53,674 nt of DNA from a virus. Lineage: Duplodnaviria > Caudoviricetes. The stretch lies in the IMG/VR virus record IMGVR_UViG_3300037296_000160, positions 1-53,674 of that record; one strand, written 5' to 3'. The notes below the pieces were generated by a model. It did not search any database. It had not been told where the DNA came from and worked only from the letters and a program-made list of their open reading frames with translations. A program made the position numbers and the translations under genes. Below, in pieces: positions 44,941 to 53,674 of the stretch (position 1 is its first letter; each line of letters begins with the position of its first letter).

Positions 44941-47900
44941 ATGGCCATTAAACCGCGTTCGTTGTCCAACGTGTTCAGCCAAAGCCCCATGCAAGAGGCT
45001 TTGACCACTAAACCGAAAACCCAAAAGACCACGTCGCCCCTCAAGGGATTTGAGGGCATGGCAAAGCAAACGGGCGTCCCGGTCAACATCCTCATGGCCG
45101 AGGCAGAGCGCGCAGGCACCGATGACCCCCGCATGATCGCCACCCGCGCCGCAGCGTGGCAATCGCGCCTGACGTCTGGCGCACAAGTGCCCGATATCGC
45201 CGCCGAACTGGTGCCCGAAGACACGACCACGTTCCTTAACCGCGCCATCGAGATTGACCGCGCCACCTATGGCAGCGAAATCGAGGTTCCCGACGCGGCC
45301 CCGGCCACCCCGGCAAAGGGTGAAGCTGGCGGCATCGAGAACACGGCGCGCACCGTTGGCGGGGCGATGACACGTTTTGGTGCAAGCACCCTCAAGGGCA
45401 TCGGGATTGCAACCGACACCGTGGCCGACGTTGCCACCCTTGGGCAATCGCGCCGCGACATTGACCAGTTTCGTCGCGATGCGGGCTTGCGGGACAAAGA
45501 CGCACCGGGGCCGCAGCGCGGCGACTTCTTCACCGACGCCATGGATATCGCAGCCGAACCCCTGCGCGATGCAGCCGACGGCATCGAGGCGGGCCGCAGC
45601 AGCGATCTAAACGAGGCCATTGCAGCAACGTCGCTAGAGGGCGAACTGTTCGACCCGCGCACTTGGGAAGTATCCGAGGACGCCACCTTGCGCGGTTTCG
45701 CGCACAAAGGTCTGGCCGTTCTGGGCGACCTGCTACCCATCGTTGGTGCCGCCGTTGTCACCCGCAGCCCCGCCGTTGGCGGTGTGCTGGGCGGTCTGTC
45801 CGCTGGCGGTGCCGCTGGACAGGATGCGCGCGACCGCGTGTATGCCGCAGCAGAGGAACGCGACGAAAGCGGCGTGTCCGCGCTTGAGAAAAGCGACAAG
45901 TTTCAAGAACTGGTAGAGCGCGGCCTATCCACGGATGAAGCCACCGAACAGCTTGCAGTCAATGCCGAGCGTTGGGCCGGACAGGTTGCAGGCGTCATTG
46001 GCGGCGCAGGCGGCGTCGCCACCACTAAGATCATGGCCCCCCTTGAAGGCAAGGCGCTGACAAACAGCGTTGCAGGCCGCGTCGGTCTGGCAGCGGTAGA
46101 AGAAGGCGGGCAGGAAGTCGCGGAAGGCGTGGGGCAGCGCATGGCGACCAACGCCGCGACCGGCCTTGAAGACAACGTCATGGACGGCACCCTAGAGGAG
46201 TTTGCGCTTGGCGGCGTGGCTGGCGGTGCCCTTGGCGGCGCATCGACTGCCTTTGACCGGGCCACCCCGCCCGCAGAGCCTACGCCCCCTGCCCTGCCCG
46301 CGCCCGATCTGGTGACGCCGCCCCCGTCCGCATACGGGCCAGACGGCAACCTGCTACCCGAAAACACCGCACCCCCTGCGCGCCCCAAAGGCCGCTTGGA
46401 GGCGATGATGGACGCGACCATGCCGCCTATGGCCATGCCCGCGCCGACCCTGCCTACACCCGCTGAAACACCCGCCCCAGCCGCAAACCCTGCCCCCCAG
46501 GATTTAATGGACGACGGCGCAGTGCTTGAAGACCTGCCGCCCCGCGACTTTGTGGGCGAACGGCAGGCGGCACAGGCGCGCTTGGCCCAACTGGACGCCA
46601 ACGACCGCCGCAATGGCGCGACCACCGAGAGCCTTGAGGCCCGCAACAAGGTCCGCGCCGAACTGGCAGAACTGCCGGTTGATACTGTGCCCATGGGCAC
46701 CTTTGACGCAGGCACCGACCCAGACAGCGGCAAAATCATCACCGCGACCGTGGCCGACGCAGGACCATTTGACTACGAAACCACATACCCATCCCCTGAT
46801 ATCGACCTCTACACCGCAGCCGCGCGCGCGGGCATGATCCTGCCCACCACGCCGCAGGAAACGGCCATGTTCGTTGAACGGGGCTTGGGAGCGTTGACGG
46901 ATGCTGTTTTGGATCAGCGCGCCGCAAAGGCCGGAAGCCCAAAGGCAAAGCGGGCGCAAAAAGCGATTGACGGCATCGTGGCAGACCTTGCTGCGATCTA
47001 TAAGCCCGAAGACGTGGCCGACATGCAGGCCGCAGTCACAGGCTACGCCGACAGCATCGAGGCCAGCGCACAGCCCGCCCCGGCAGACGTCCCGGCCACA
47101 GACGCACCGGCAGAGACACCCGCCCCGTCCGAGGCTGACCTGCGCGCACAGATCGCCGCCGCGACCAATGCCGCGCTGGATGAAGCTGACGCCGCCGAGG
47201 ACGCCGCCAAGCCGTCCAAGCCAATGCCCGCGACCGCTATGCCGCCATCGAGCGTGACGAACAGCGTCAAGATGCTGGCCGACGCTAACTTTTTCCCCAA
47301 GGATGGATCGCCCAACACCTATGAGCGCACCGTGGGCGGCAAAGGCCAGCGTATCGAGCGCGTCAAAGACGGCTGGCGTCTGATGGAGGACGGCAAGGTC
47401 ATCGCCAAAGCCAAGGGCGAAGACGGCATCCTGTCCCTGTCCAACTTCCTGCAAGAGCCAGATGCGGCTATGCCGCCGACCGCCATGCCGCCCGCAACCC
47501 TGCCAGCGGCCAAGCCAGACGCCAAACCTGCGCCTATGCCCGCAACGTCCATGCCGCCGCCCACCGTGCAGCCAGACGCCAAGCCCAAGGAAGATATCAA
47601 CGACCTTATGGCCGACGCGCGCAAACGCCGCGCGGATCGCACTGCGCAGGTGGCGGACCTGTCCAAGACAGATGACCCCGTCCGCATGACGAACAAGGCG
47701 GGCGATTTGGCCGTTCTGGTATCCCCCGCAGCCGACCGCCCCGGCAAATGGCGCGCAACCTACATGGGCGCGGACAAGAAGCCGTCGGGCCATGTTGACG
47801 CGGAGACGAAAGCCGAAGCCCTTGAGCGCGCCTTTGAGGACGGGTTTACCGTGGCCGACCAATCGACCACTAAACCACAAGACGACGCGACCACGGACAA

Positions 47901-50900
47901 GGCAGCAATGCCCGCAACCGCCATGCCGCCCCCGACCGTCAACGCACCCGACCCGAACCCCACCGACGGCCAGAAGGAAGCAGGCAACTACCGCAAGAAG
48001 CACGTCCGCTGGAATGGGCTGGATATCAGCATCGAAACCGCCAAGGGCCAAGAGCGCACCGGCACCGGGCCAGACGGCACACGCTGGGCCGTGACCATGC
48101 CCGCCGACTATGGCGACATCAAAGGCACCACAGGCGCAGACGGCGACCCGCTCGATATCTACATGGGCGAACTGGAAGGCAGCGACACCGTTGTCATCGT
48201 CAACCAAGTGGACGAGCGCACAGGCGCGTTTGACGAACACAAGATCATCGTGGGCACGGGCAGCACCGCCGCCGCGCTGCGCATGTATGAGGAAGGTTTC
48301 AGCGACGGCAAAGGCAAGAGCCGTATCGGATCGTATAGCACGACGTCGCAGGCAGGCTTGAAGGCGTGGATTGAAACCGCCGACCACACCAAGCCCACCG
48401 AACCCGTCAAAGCAAAACCAAAAGCCGACGAAACCGCGAAACCACAAGACGACGCGACCACGGACGACGCGGACGCGGACGGCAGCGATGACACCGCCGC
48501 ACCCAAGGGCGACAAGATTGAAGACTTTGGCGAGAAGATTGGCGGCGCGCGCAAGGACAAGGCGCGGCGCATGGCCGAAGACCTCGCCACTGATATCGAC
48601 GCGGCCAGCATGACCATGACCGAGGCGTTCCCCGTGCCCGACTATGAGGCACTTGCAGCCAGCGGTGTCCCGCACAACAGCCTTGCCATGATCGCAGCCC
48701 TGCGCGCCGCAATCCCGCGCAAGACCCGGCGCAACCGCCGTGGCTGGGCCACAGACGTAGAGGCATCGCGCAAGATCGTCGCGGCCATCGTCGCAGGCGA
48801 GTTGGAAGGCGATACCGTATCTGCGCAAGCCAACGCACAGGTCAGCAACAGCGGGGGATGGAGCGGGCTTGGCGAAGGCACCATTGAAGCCTTTCAGAAA
48901 CTACCGACCTCGATGCTGCACGAAGCGTCTACGCTGGCCGTGGTGCGCGCGACCTTTGGCCGGTCTGACGACGGCAAGACCAACACCATCGTCAGCTACA
49001 CCGTTGGGCCATTGAGCAAATGGAGCGGTTTGCGCGTCACCACCACGGACGACGCTGCAAAGGAGCTGATGCGCCTTGTCGCGCGCGCCCGCGATGACCG
49101 GGCCAGCAAGGCAGGCACCGGGGGCCGCAAGCCGGTCAAGCTGGGCGTCTACAAGCGCACAAGCGACGAGACGTGGTTTGTTGGTTTCAAGGTTTCGGAC
49201 GTCCTGCCGCTATCGCCTAACTTTGAAAGCGCCGCCGCAGCGCGCACCTACATGAACGACAACACCGAGGCGCTGCAAAAGGCCGCTGATGACCTGCGCG
49301 ACGGGCCGCGAGAGCGCACCGACCGCAACCGCAAGCGCAAGGGGCCAGCACACCGGGAGGGCGACGTTACCCCCGAAATGTTCACGGATGCTTTCGGTTT
49401 CCGTGGTGTAGAGTTTGGCAACTGGAACAACGCCAAGGACCGCCAGAACAGCCTAAACGACGCCTACGACGCATTGACCGACCTTGCGGGCTTGCTGGAC
49501 CTGCCAACCAAAGCCATGTCGCTGGACGGCACCCTTGGCCTTGCGTTCGGCGCGCGCGGCACCGGGGGCAAGAACCCCGCCGCAGCCCACTATGAGCCTG
49601 ACAAGATCGTCATCAACCTGACTAAGCGGTCTGGCGCAGGATCGCTGGCCCACGAATGGTTTCATGCAATAGACCACCACCTTGCGCGCATCGACGCCGC
49701 AGAAGGTGGATCGTCCGCAGCCCTGACCGGGGCGACGGCGCGCAATCGCAGCGAATACATGTCTGACCGTCGGTCATCGGGCGCTGGGCGCACCAAGGAC
49801 GCAGCCGAGGCGTTCAACGCCCTGCGCAAAGCCCTGACCGCCGATCACCCGTGGTTCAAGCGCAGCAAGGAAGCCGACAAGGGCCGCTCAAAGCCCTACT
49901 TTGCGACCACCATCGAACTGGCTGCGCGTTCGTTTGAGAAATACGTCATCGACCGCCTGACAACCCGCGACATGGTCAACGACTACCTTGCCAACATCGA
50001 CGGCATGAGCGGCGCATATCCATCCACCCGCGAAATGGCGAACACGGATATCCGCACCGCATGGGATGCTGCGCTGGCGTCGATCACCACCACCTTGGAC
50101 GCAGGCACCGACAACGTGCCGACCTTGCCCAATGCAGACACAAGCCGCCTGTATGAAGGGCCAGAGGCGGGCGAAATCTGGGAAAGCCCCGAAGGCCGCA
50201 AGAAGATCGAGAGCCGCGACGGCGATACCTTCTACATCAATTCGCCCGACGGCAGCACCGAAGTCATGTCAGGGGCCGAGGTAGACGAACAGATTGCCGC
50301 CGACCGGGCGGCGTTGGAAGCCGCCACGCAGGCAAAGAAGGAAGCGCGCACCGAGGCGTATCAGGATCAAACCGCCCGCAACACGGAATGGGAGGATCGC
50401 GCCCGCACCGAGATTGCCAAGTTTGAGGCCGACGCCAAGCGCAAACCCGGCGCAGTGCAATCCAAGCTGTTCGGCAAGACCTACAACTTCCGCGACTATG
50501 GTATGCTGTCACGCGGCGGCATGATGATCGCGCGACTAGATGAAGGCTGGCGCGTCAGCGAGGGCGGCGACCGCCGATTGTCCCGCAACCTGCGCGGACC
50601 CAAAGGCGAAGTCTACAGCGCGGACACATGGACCAAGGGCGGTCTGGATTTTGCCGAATGGTATGGCAATATCCTCGATGCGCGCGCCAAGTCCAAGGTA
50701 GCACCGGCAAAGCCCAAGGCGAAGGCAAAGACCGAGGACGAACTGCGCGCCGAAATCAACGCCGCCACGGTCGCGGCGCTGGATGAAGCCGACGCCGCAG
50801 AAGGGCAGGGGACCGACACCACAAAACCACAAGACCAACAGGCCACGGGACCACGCACGGCAGGTCAAGCCGCAGCGAGCGCGGCAGGCAACCTTGGCAC

Positions 50901-53674
50901 CGCAGCCGATGAAGCCATGACCGCGCTGCGTAAGCTGTTTGGCGATCCTAACACGCTGAACATGGGGCCAGCGTTTTCGCGGGACACATACCGCAACGCC
51001 AAGCCGCACTTTGACGCCGTCGTCCGGTCCTTGGGCGCAGCTAAGACCGATCTGGCAGACCTCGCCCGCGCGCTGGTCCGGTTTCTGTCCAAGCAAGACA
51101 TGGACAAGGACGCCCGCCGCGCGATGCAGCCCTACCTCGAAGAATACTTGTTTGAGGTGCAGTCCAAGGCACACGACCCGTTCAACCCACAGGAGGAAGC
51201 CGCCGATGCAGCCAGCACAGACGACACGCCGAAAGGTGACGCGCCTGATACTGAAACCCAAGAGCCGAGTGAAGTGCCGGTATCGCCGGAACAGCCCGTG
51301 GAACCACCGGTTGCCGATGGAGGGATGCAGCCCGTCACAGACGCCGCGCTTGCCCGTTTCCGTGAGGGCGATGGATTTGCAAACATCGTGCAAGCCCGCA
51401 AGCTGGCAGGCGAAACGCTGGACCGCCCGATCACCGAGGCCGATTACAAGGCCGTCGAAGAAGCTATCGAGGAAGCTATCGTTGTCCGCGCCCGCGAACT
51501 AATCGCAGAAGGCCGCGACCCACAGGCGACATATCAGTCCCTTGTGGACCTCTACGCCATGCAGCCCCTATTGGCGCAGCGCACGTCCAACAGCATGGAA
51601 CTGCAAGCCTACTCAACCCCGGCACCGCTGGCCTATCTGGCGTCCCAGCTTGCAGGCGTGACAAACGAAAACACCGTATTGGAGCCGACCGCAGGCATGG
51701 GGATGCTGACCATTGGCGCAGATGCGTCCAAGGTCATCGCCAACGAACTGGACCCAGAGCGCGCGGCCACGATTAGCCGCACCACACCGGGGGCGACTGT
51801 CACCGCACTGGACGCCACAAAGGCCACGTTTGCGCCCGCTGACGTCGTCATCGCTAACCCGCCGTTTGGCGGCGTGTTCGTGGACGGCAAGCGCCAGCAA
51901 TGGCCCATGGGGCAAACCAAGACGCGCGAAGTGGATCACGCGATTGCGTGGCGCGCGCTGGACGCCATGCCCGACAACGGCACCGCCGTCTTGATCCTTG
52001 GCGGGGTCAAGAAGCAACTGACAGGCGATGACCGCGTCAAAGCCTACCGCAGCGCCGCCAAGGGCAGCTTCTACGCCAACCTCTACGACGCCTATAACGT
52101 GGTGGATCACTTCACCGTGGACGGCGATCTATACAAGCGGCAGGGCGCAGGCTGGCCCGTGGACGTCATCGTTATCCGTGGCCGGGGCAAATCGCTGAAC
52201 CCCTTGCCACAGAAGGAAGCACCCCCCATCTTGAACACATGGGGCGAATTAGAAGGAAAATTGGACCTTGCTGATAGTTTGGGCACCGCCGAAGTCACCG
52301 CCGACCGCACTGGTAGCGGTCAACCTACCGGAAACGGGGGAGCGCAAGCTGACCCTGCTGGCGTTCGAGGGTCTAATGCTGACCAAAATGGCGGAGTTGA
52401 TACAACACGCCGACCCAGCGGAACTGACACGGATGCAGGAACTAGAACCGGCAATCCGTCTGCCGAACAGCAAAGACCCGCTAACGCTGGCGACGTCGAT
52501 ACTGGATCAGACGGACGAACGGGACGCGCTGGGGCTGAACCCGACAGCGTTCCCGGTAACGCTGACCAAAGCGGATCACAGCGAGGAAATGGAAGCAGCG
52601 ATGCAGGAGCAAACGCTGGACGACCTGCTGACAGCACTCGGAGCGTAGCCAAGCGCGCGGCCAACACAGAGGCCGAAAGCGCGTTCCAAGTCCAATACGA
52701 ACCCCGCTCGAAAGCCACCTTTGCCGTGGGCACCCTTGTCCCGGTCAAGATGCAAGACGCCATGAAAAAGGCGCTAGACAGCATCGAGAAGCGCAACGGC
52801 GACATTGACGCCTTTGTCGCCAAGTCGCTGGACTATGACCTTGATGCGATGCTGGGCACCGATACCAAGCCCGGTTACTTTTCTGCCGAACAGGTCGATG
52901 CGCTGGCTATGGCCATCGACAACGTGGGGCAGGGCAAGGGCTTCATCATTGGCGACCAGACCGGCGTGGGCAAAGGCCGCTTTGTTGCCGCCATGCTGCG
53001 CTTTGCAGAGAAGCAGGGCATCACACCTATCTTTGTGACCAAAGACCCCGGCTTGTTTGGCGACATGGTCCGCGACCTGCGCGACATTGGCGAAGACCAA
53101 GCATCGAGCGGCATTTTCCCGACCAACACCACCCTGCGCGGCAGCGGCGCACTGCCCCTGTCTGACAACGCAGGCGACACGCTGGAAAGCCGCAAGCCCG
53201 CAGAGCATAAGAAGGCCGTAGCCGAAATGCTGGCAAGCGGTCAGCTTGTGGAAGGCGACCGCTACCTGTTCACCACCTATTCGCAGCTACAGGCCGTGAA
53301 GGGCAAAGAGCCAGAGCGCCGCCCGCTTTTGCGCGCACTGGCAGGCAATGCCATGTTCCTGCTGGACGAAAGCCACGAGGCTGGCGGTCAGGCTGACACA
53401 GGCTGGAAAGACCCCGAAGCGGTAGCCGACCGCGCGACCTTCATGCGCGAAGTGCTGGCAATGGCAAAGGGGGCCGTGTTTTCGTCGGCCACCTACGCCA
53501 AGAACCCAACTGTCATGTCCCTCTACGCCAAGACGGACCTGTCACTAGCCGTTGAAGATATCAGCGAACTAGGGGCCGCTATCGCGCTGGGCGGCGTCCC
53601 GCTGCAACAGGCCATCGCCAACATGCTTGTCGAAGCCGGTCAGTATGCCCGCCGTGAACGCTCATTTGAGGGCG
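44941..53674 (+). CDS. N-terminal part of the ~4,929-aa DarB-like polyvalent protein (Gly-rich ejection region, inorganic-pyrophosphatase-like domain, LPD5/LPD1-like HExxH region, N6-adenine MTase, SF2 helicase N-domain)
   Basis: AAGGAG SD and ATG 44941. The track has no terminated ORF in this frame, consistent with a frame running off the window. Motifs: PT.GQKEAGNY...DGDPLD...FDEHK (~47950-48390); IEDFGEKIGGARKD; FGFRGVEFGNW...AHEWFH (49651); VLEPTAG.G and NPPF (51856); GDQTGVGKGR (52951). Confidence 0.9.
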   Translation, partial: MAIKPRSLSNVFSQSPMQEALTTKPKTQKTTSPLKGFEGMAKQTGVPVNILMAEAERAGTDDPRMIATRAAAWQSRLTSGAQVPDIAAELVPEDTTTFLNRAIEIDRATYGSEIEVPDAAPATPAKGEAGGIENTARTVGGAMTRFGASTLKGIGIATDTVADVATLGQSRRDIDQFRRDAGLRDKDAPGPQRGDFFTDAMDIAAEPLRDAADGIEAGRSSDLNEAIAATSLEGELFDPRTWEVSEDATLRGFAHKGLAVLGDLLPIVGAAVVTRSPAVGGVLGGLSAGGAAGQDARDRVYAAAEERDESGVSALEKSDKFQELVERGLSTDEATEQLAVNAERWAGQVAGVIGGAGGVATTKIMAPLEGKALTNSVAGRVGLAAVEEGGQEVAEGVGQRMATNAATGLEDNVMDGTLEEFALGGVAGGALGGASTAFDRATPPAEPTPPALPAPDLVTPPPSAYGPDGNLLPENTAPPARPKGRLEAMMDATMPPMAMPAPTLPTPAETPAPAANPAPQDLMDDGAVLEDLPPRDFVGERQAAQARLAQLDANDRRNGATTESLEARNKVRAELAELPVDTVPMGTFDAGTDPDSGKIITATVADAGPFDYETTYPSPDIDLYTAAARAGMILPTTPQETAMFVERGLGALTDAVLDQRAAKAGSPKAKRAQKAIDGIVADLAAIYKPEDVADMQAAVTGYADSIEASAQPAPADVPATDAPAETPAPSEADLRAQIAAATNAALDEADAAEDAAKPSKPMPATAMPPSSVTNSVKMLADANFFPKDGSPNTYERTVGGKGQRIERVKDGWRLMEDGKVIAKAKGEDGILSLSNFLQEPDAAMPPTAMPPATLPAAKPDAKPAPMPATSMPPPTVQPDAKPKEDINDLMADARKRRADRTAQVADLSKTDDPVRMTNKAGDLAVLVSPAADRPGKWRATYMGADKKPSGHVDAETKAEALERAFEDGFTVADQSTTKPQDDATTDKAAMPATAMPPPTVNAPDPNPTDGQKEAGNYRKKHVRWNGLDISIETAKGQERTGTGPDGTRWAVTMPADYGDIKGTTGADGDPLDIYMGELEGSDTVVIVNQVDERTGAFDEHKIIVGTGSTAAALRMYEEGFSDGKGKSRIGSYSTTSQAGLKAWIETADHTKPTEPVKAKPKADETAKPQDDATTDDADADGSDDTAAPKGDKIEDFGEKIGGARKDKARRMAEDLATDIDAASMTMTEAFPVPDYEALAASGVPHNSLAMIAALRAAIPRKTRRNRRGWATDVEASRKIVAAIVAGELEGDTVSAQANAQVSNSGGWSGLGEGTIEAFQKLPTSMLHEASTLAVVRATFGRSDDGKTNTIVSYTVGPLSKWSGLRVTTTDDAAKELMRLVARARDDRASKAGTGGRKPVKLGVYKRTSDETWFVGFKVSDVLPLSPNFESAAAARTYMNDNTEALQKAADDLRDGPRERTDRNRKRKGPAHREGDVTPEMFTDAFGFRGVEFGNWNNAKDRQNSLNDAYDALTDLAGLLDLPTKAMSLDGTLGLAFGARGTGGKNPAAAHYEPDKIVINLTKRSGAGSLAHEWFHAIDHHLARIDAAEGGSSAALTGATARNRSEYMSDRRSSGAGRTKDAAEAFNALRKALTADHPWFKRSKEADKGRSKPYFATTIELAARSFEKYVIDRLTTRDMVNDYLANIDGMSGAYPSTREMANTDIRTAWDAALASITTTLDAGTDNVPTLPNADTSRLYEGPEAGEIWESPEGRKKIESRDGDTFYINSPDGSTEVMSGAEVDEQIAADRAALEAATQAKKEARTEAYQDQTARNTEWEDRARTEIAKFEADAKRKPGAVQSKLFGKTYNFRDYGMLSRGGMMIARLDEGWRVSEGGDRRLSRNLRGPKGEVYSADTWTKGGLDFAEWYGNILDARAKSKVAPAKPKAKAKTEDELRAEINAATVAALDEADAAEGQGTDTTKPQDQQATGPRTAGQAAASAAGNLGTAADEAMTALRKLFGDPNTLNMGPAFSRDTYRNAKPHFDAVVRSLGAAKTDLADLARALVRFLSKQDMDKDARRAMQPYLEEYLFEVQSKAHDPFNPQEEAADAASTDDTPKGDAPDTETQEPSEVPVSPEQPVEPPVADGGMQPVTDAALARFREGDGFANIVQARKLAGETLDRPITEADYKAVEEAIEEAIVVRARELIAEGRDPQATYQSLVDLYAMQPLLAQRTSNSMELQAYSTPAPLAYLASQLAGVTNENTVLEPTAGMGMLTIGADASKVIANELDPERAATISRTTPGATVTALDATKATFAPADVVIANPPFGGVFVDGKRQQWPMGQTKTREVDHAIAWRALDAMPDNGTAVLILGGVKKQLTGDDRVKAYRSAAKGSFYANLYDAYNVVDHFTVDGDLYKRQGAGWPVDVIVIRGRGKSLNPLPQKEAPPILNTWGELEGKLDLADSLGTAEVTADRTGSGQPTGNGGAQADPAGVRGSNADQNGGVDTTRRPSGTDTDAGTRTGNPSAEQQRPANAGDVDTGSDGRTGRAGAEPDSVPGNADQSGSQRGNGSSDAGANAGRPADSTRSVAKRAANTEAESAFQVQYEPRSKATFAVGTLVPVKMQDAMKKALDSIEKRNGDIDAFVAKSLDYDLDAMLGTDTKPGYFSAEQVDALAMAIDNVGQGKGFIIGDQTGVGKGRFVAAMLRFAEKQGITPIFVTKDPGLFGDMVRDLRDIGEDQASSGIFPTNTTLRGSGALPLSDNAGDTLESRKPAEHKKAVAEMLASGQLVEGDRYLFTTYSQLQAVKGKEPERRPLLRALAGNAMFLLDESHEAGGQADTGWKDPEAVADRATFMREVLAMAKGAVFSSATYAKNPTVMSLYAKTDLSLAVEDISELGAAIALGGVPLQQAIANMLVEAGQYARRERSFEG
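52268..52648 (+). CDS. Putative nested gene (+1 frame) inside the linker of the giant ORF
   Basis: 126-aa globular-looking acidic protein; AGAAGGA SD ~10 nt before TTG; the host frame becomes G/S/D/A/R low-complexity over this interval. Confidence 0.6.
   Translation: MLIVWAPPKSPPTALVAVNLPETGERKLTLLAFEGLMLTKMAELIQHADPAELTRMQELEPAIRLPNSKDPLTLATSILDQTDERDALGLNPTAFPVTLTKADHSEEMEAAMQEQTLDDLLTALGA
53249..53674. repeat. Terminal direct overlap, copy 2
   Basis: Matches 1-426 with 4 substitutions. Confidence 0.97.

Larger units (their letters stand above)
1..53674. mobile_element. Complete podovirus-type phage-plasmid genome
   Basis: Circular overlap, full virion and lysis gene set, rep/iteron/parA module, no integrase seen. 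Confidence 0.85.

Noticed and set aside
46504-48828. 774-aa minus-strand ORF
   Set aside because: Antisense shadow of the giant + strand gene caused by GC3 bias; no motifs.
1-53674. tRNA, rRNA or protelomerase/linear hairpin ends
   Set aside because: None recognisable by eye, and the genome closes by a direct overlap. tRNAscan was not run.

Overview
The window is a complete, circularly permuted phage genome of about 53,248 bp; positions 1-426 repeat 53249-53674 with 4 substitutions. It is a podovirus-type phage (Bcep22/N4-gp56-capsid lineage). The host is probably an alphaproteobacterium, likely Rhodobacterales, inferred from the GapR, DnaN and Rep_3 homologues. It has terS/terL/portal/scaffold, major capsid, adaptor/nozzle/fibre genes, ejection proteins and a holin-endolysin-spanin cassette. 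I see no integrase. Instead there is a plasmid module (Rep_3 initiator, 22-bp iterons, ParA plus a small RHH partner, and a resolvase), so it looks like a phage-plasmid. The ORF track misses most of a ~4,929-aa DarB-like polyvalent virion protein (44941 through the junction to 6482). Best leads: (1) a putative tandem CsrA-like protein together with AGGA-loop hairpins in late-gene leaders; (2) a gene nested out of frame in the giant ORF; (3) 8-bp-period ACCAC arrays at the parA promoter and inside genes, a candidate dispersed centromere. All family assignments are motif recognition by eye; no database searches were run.
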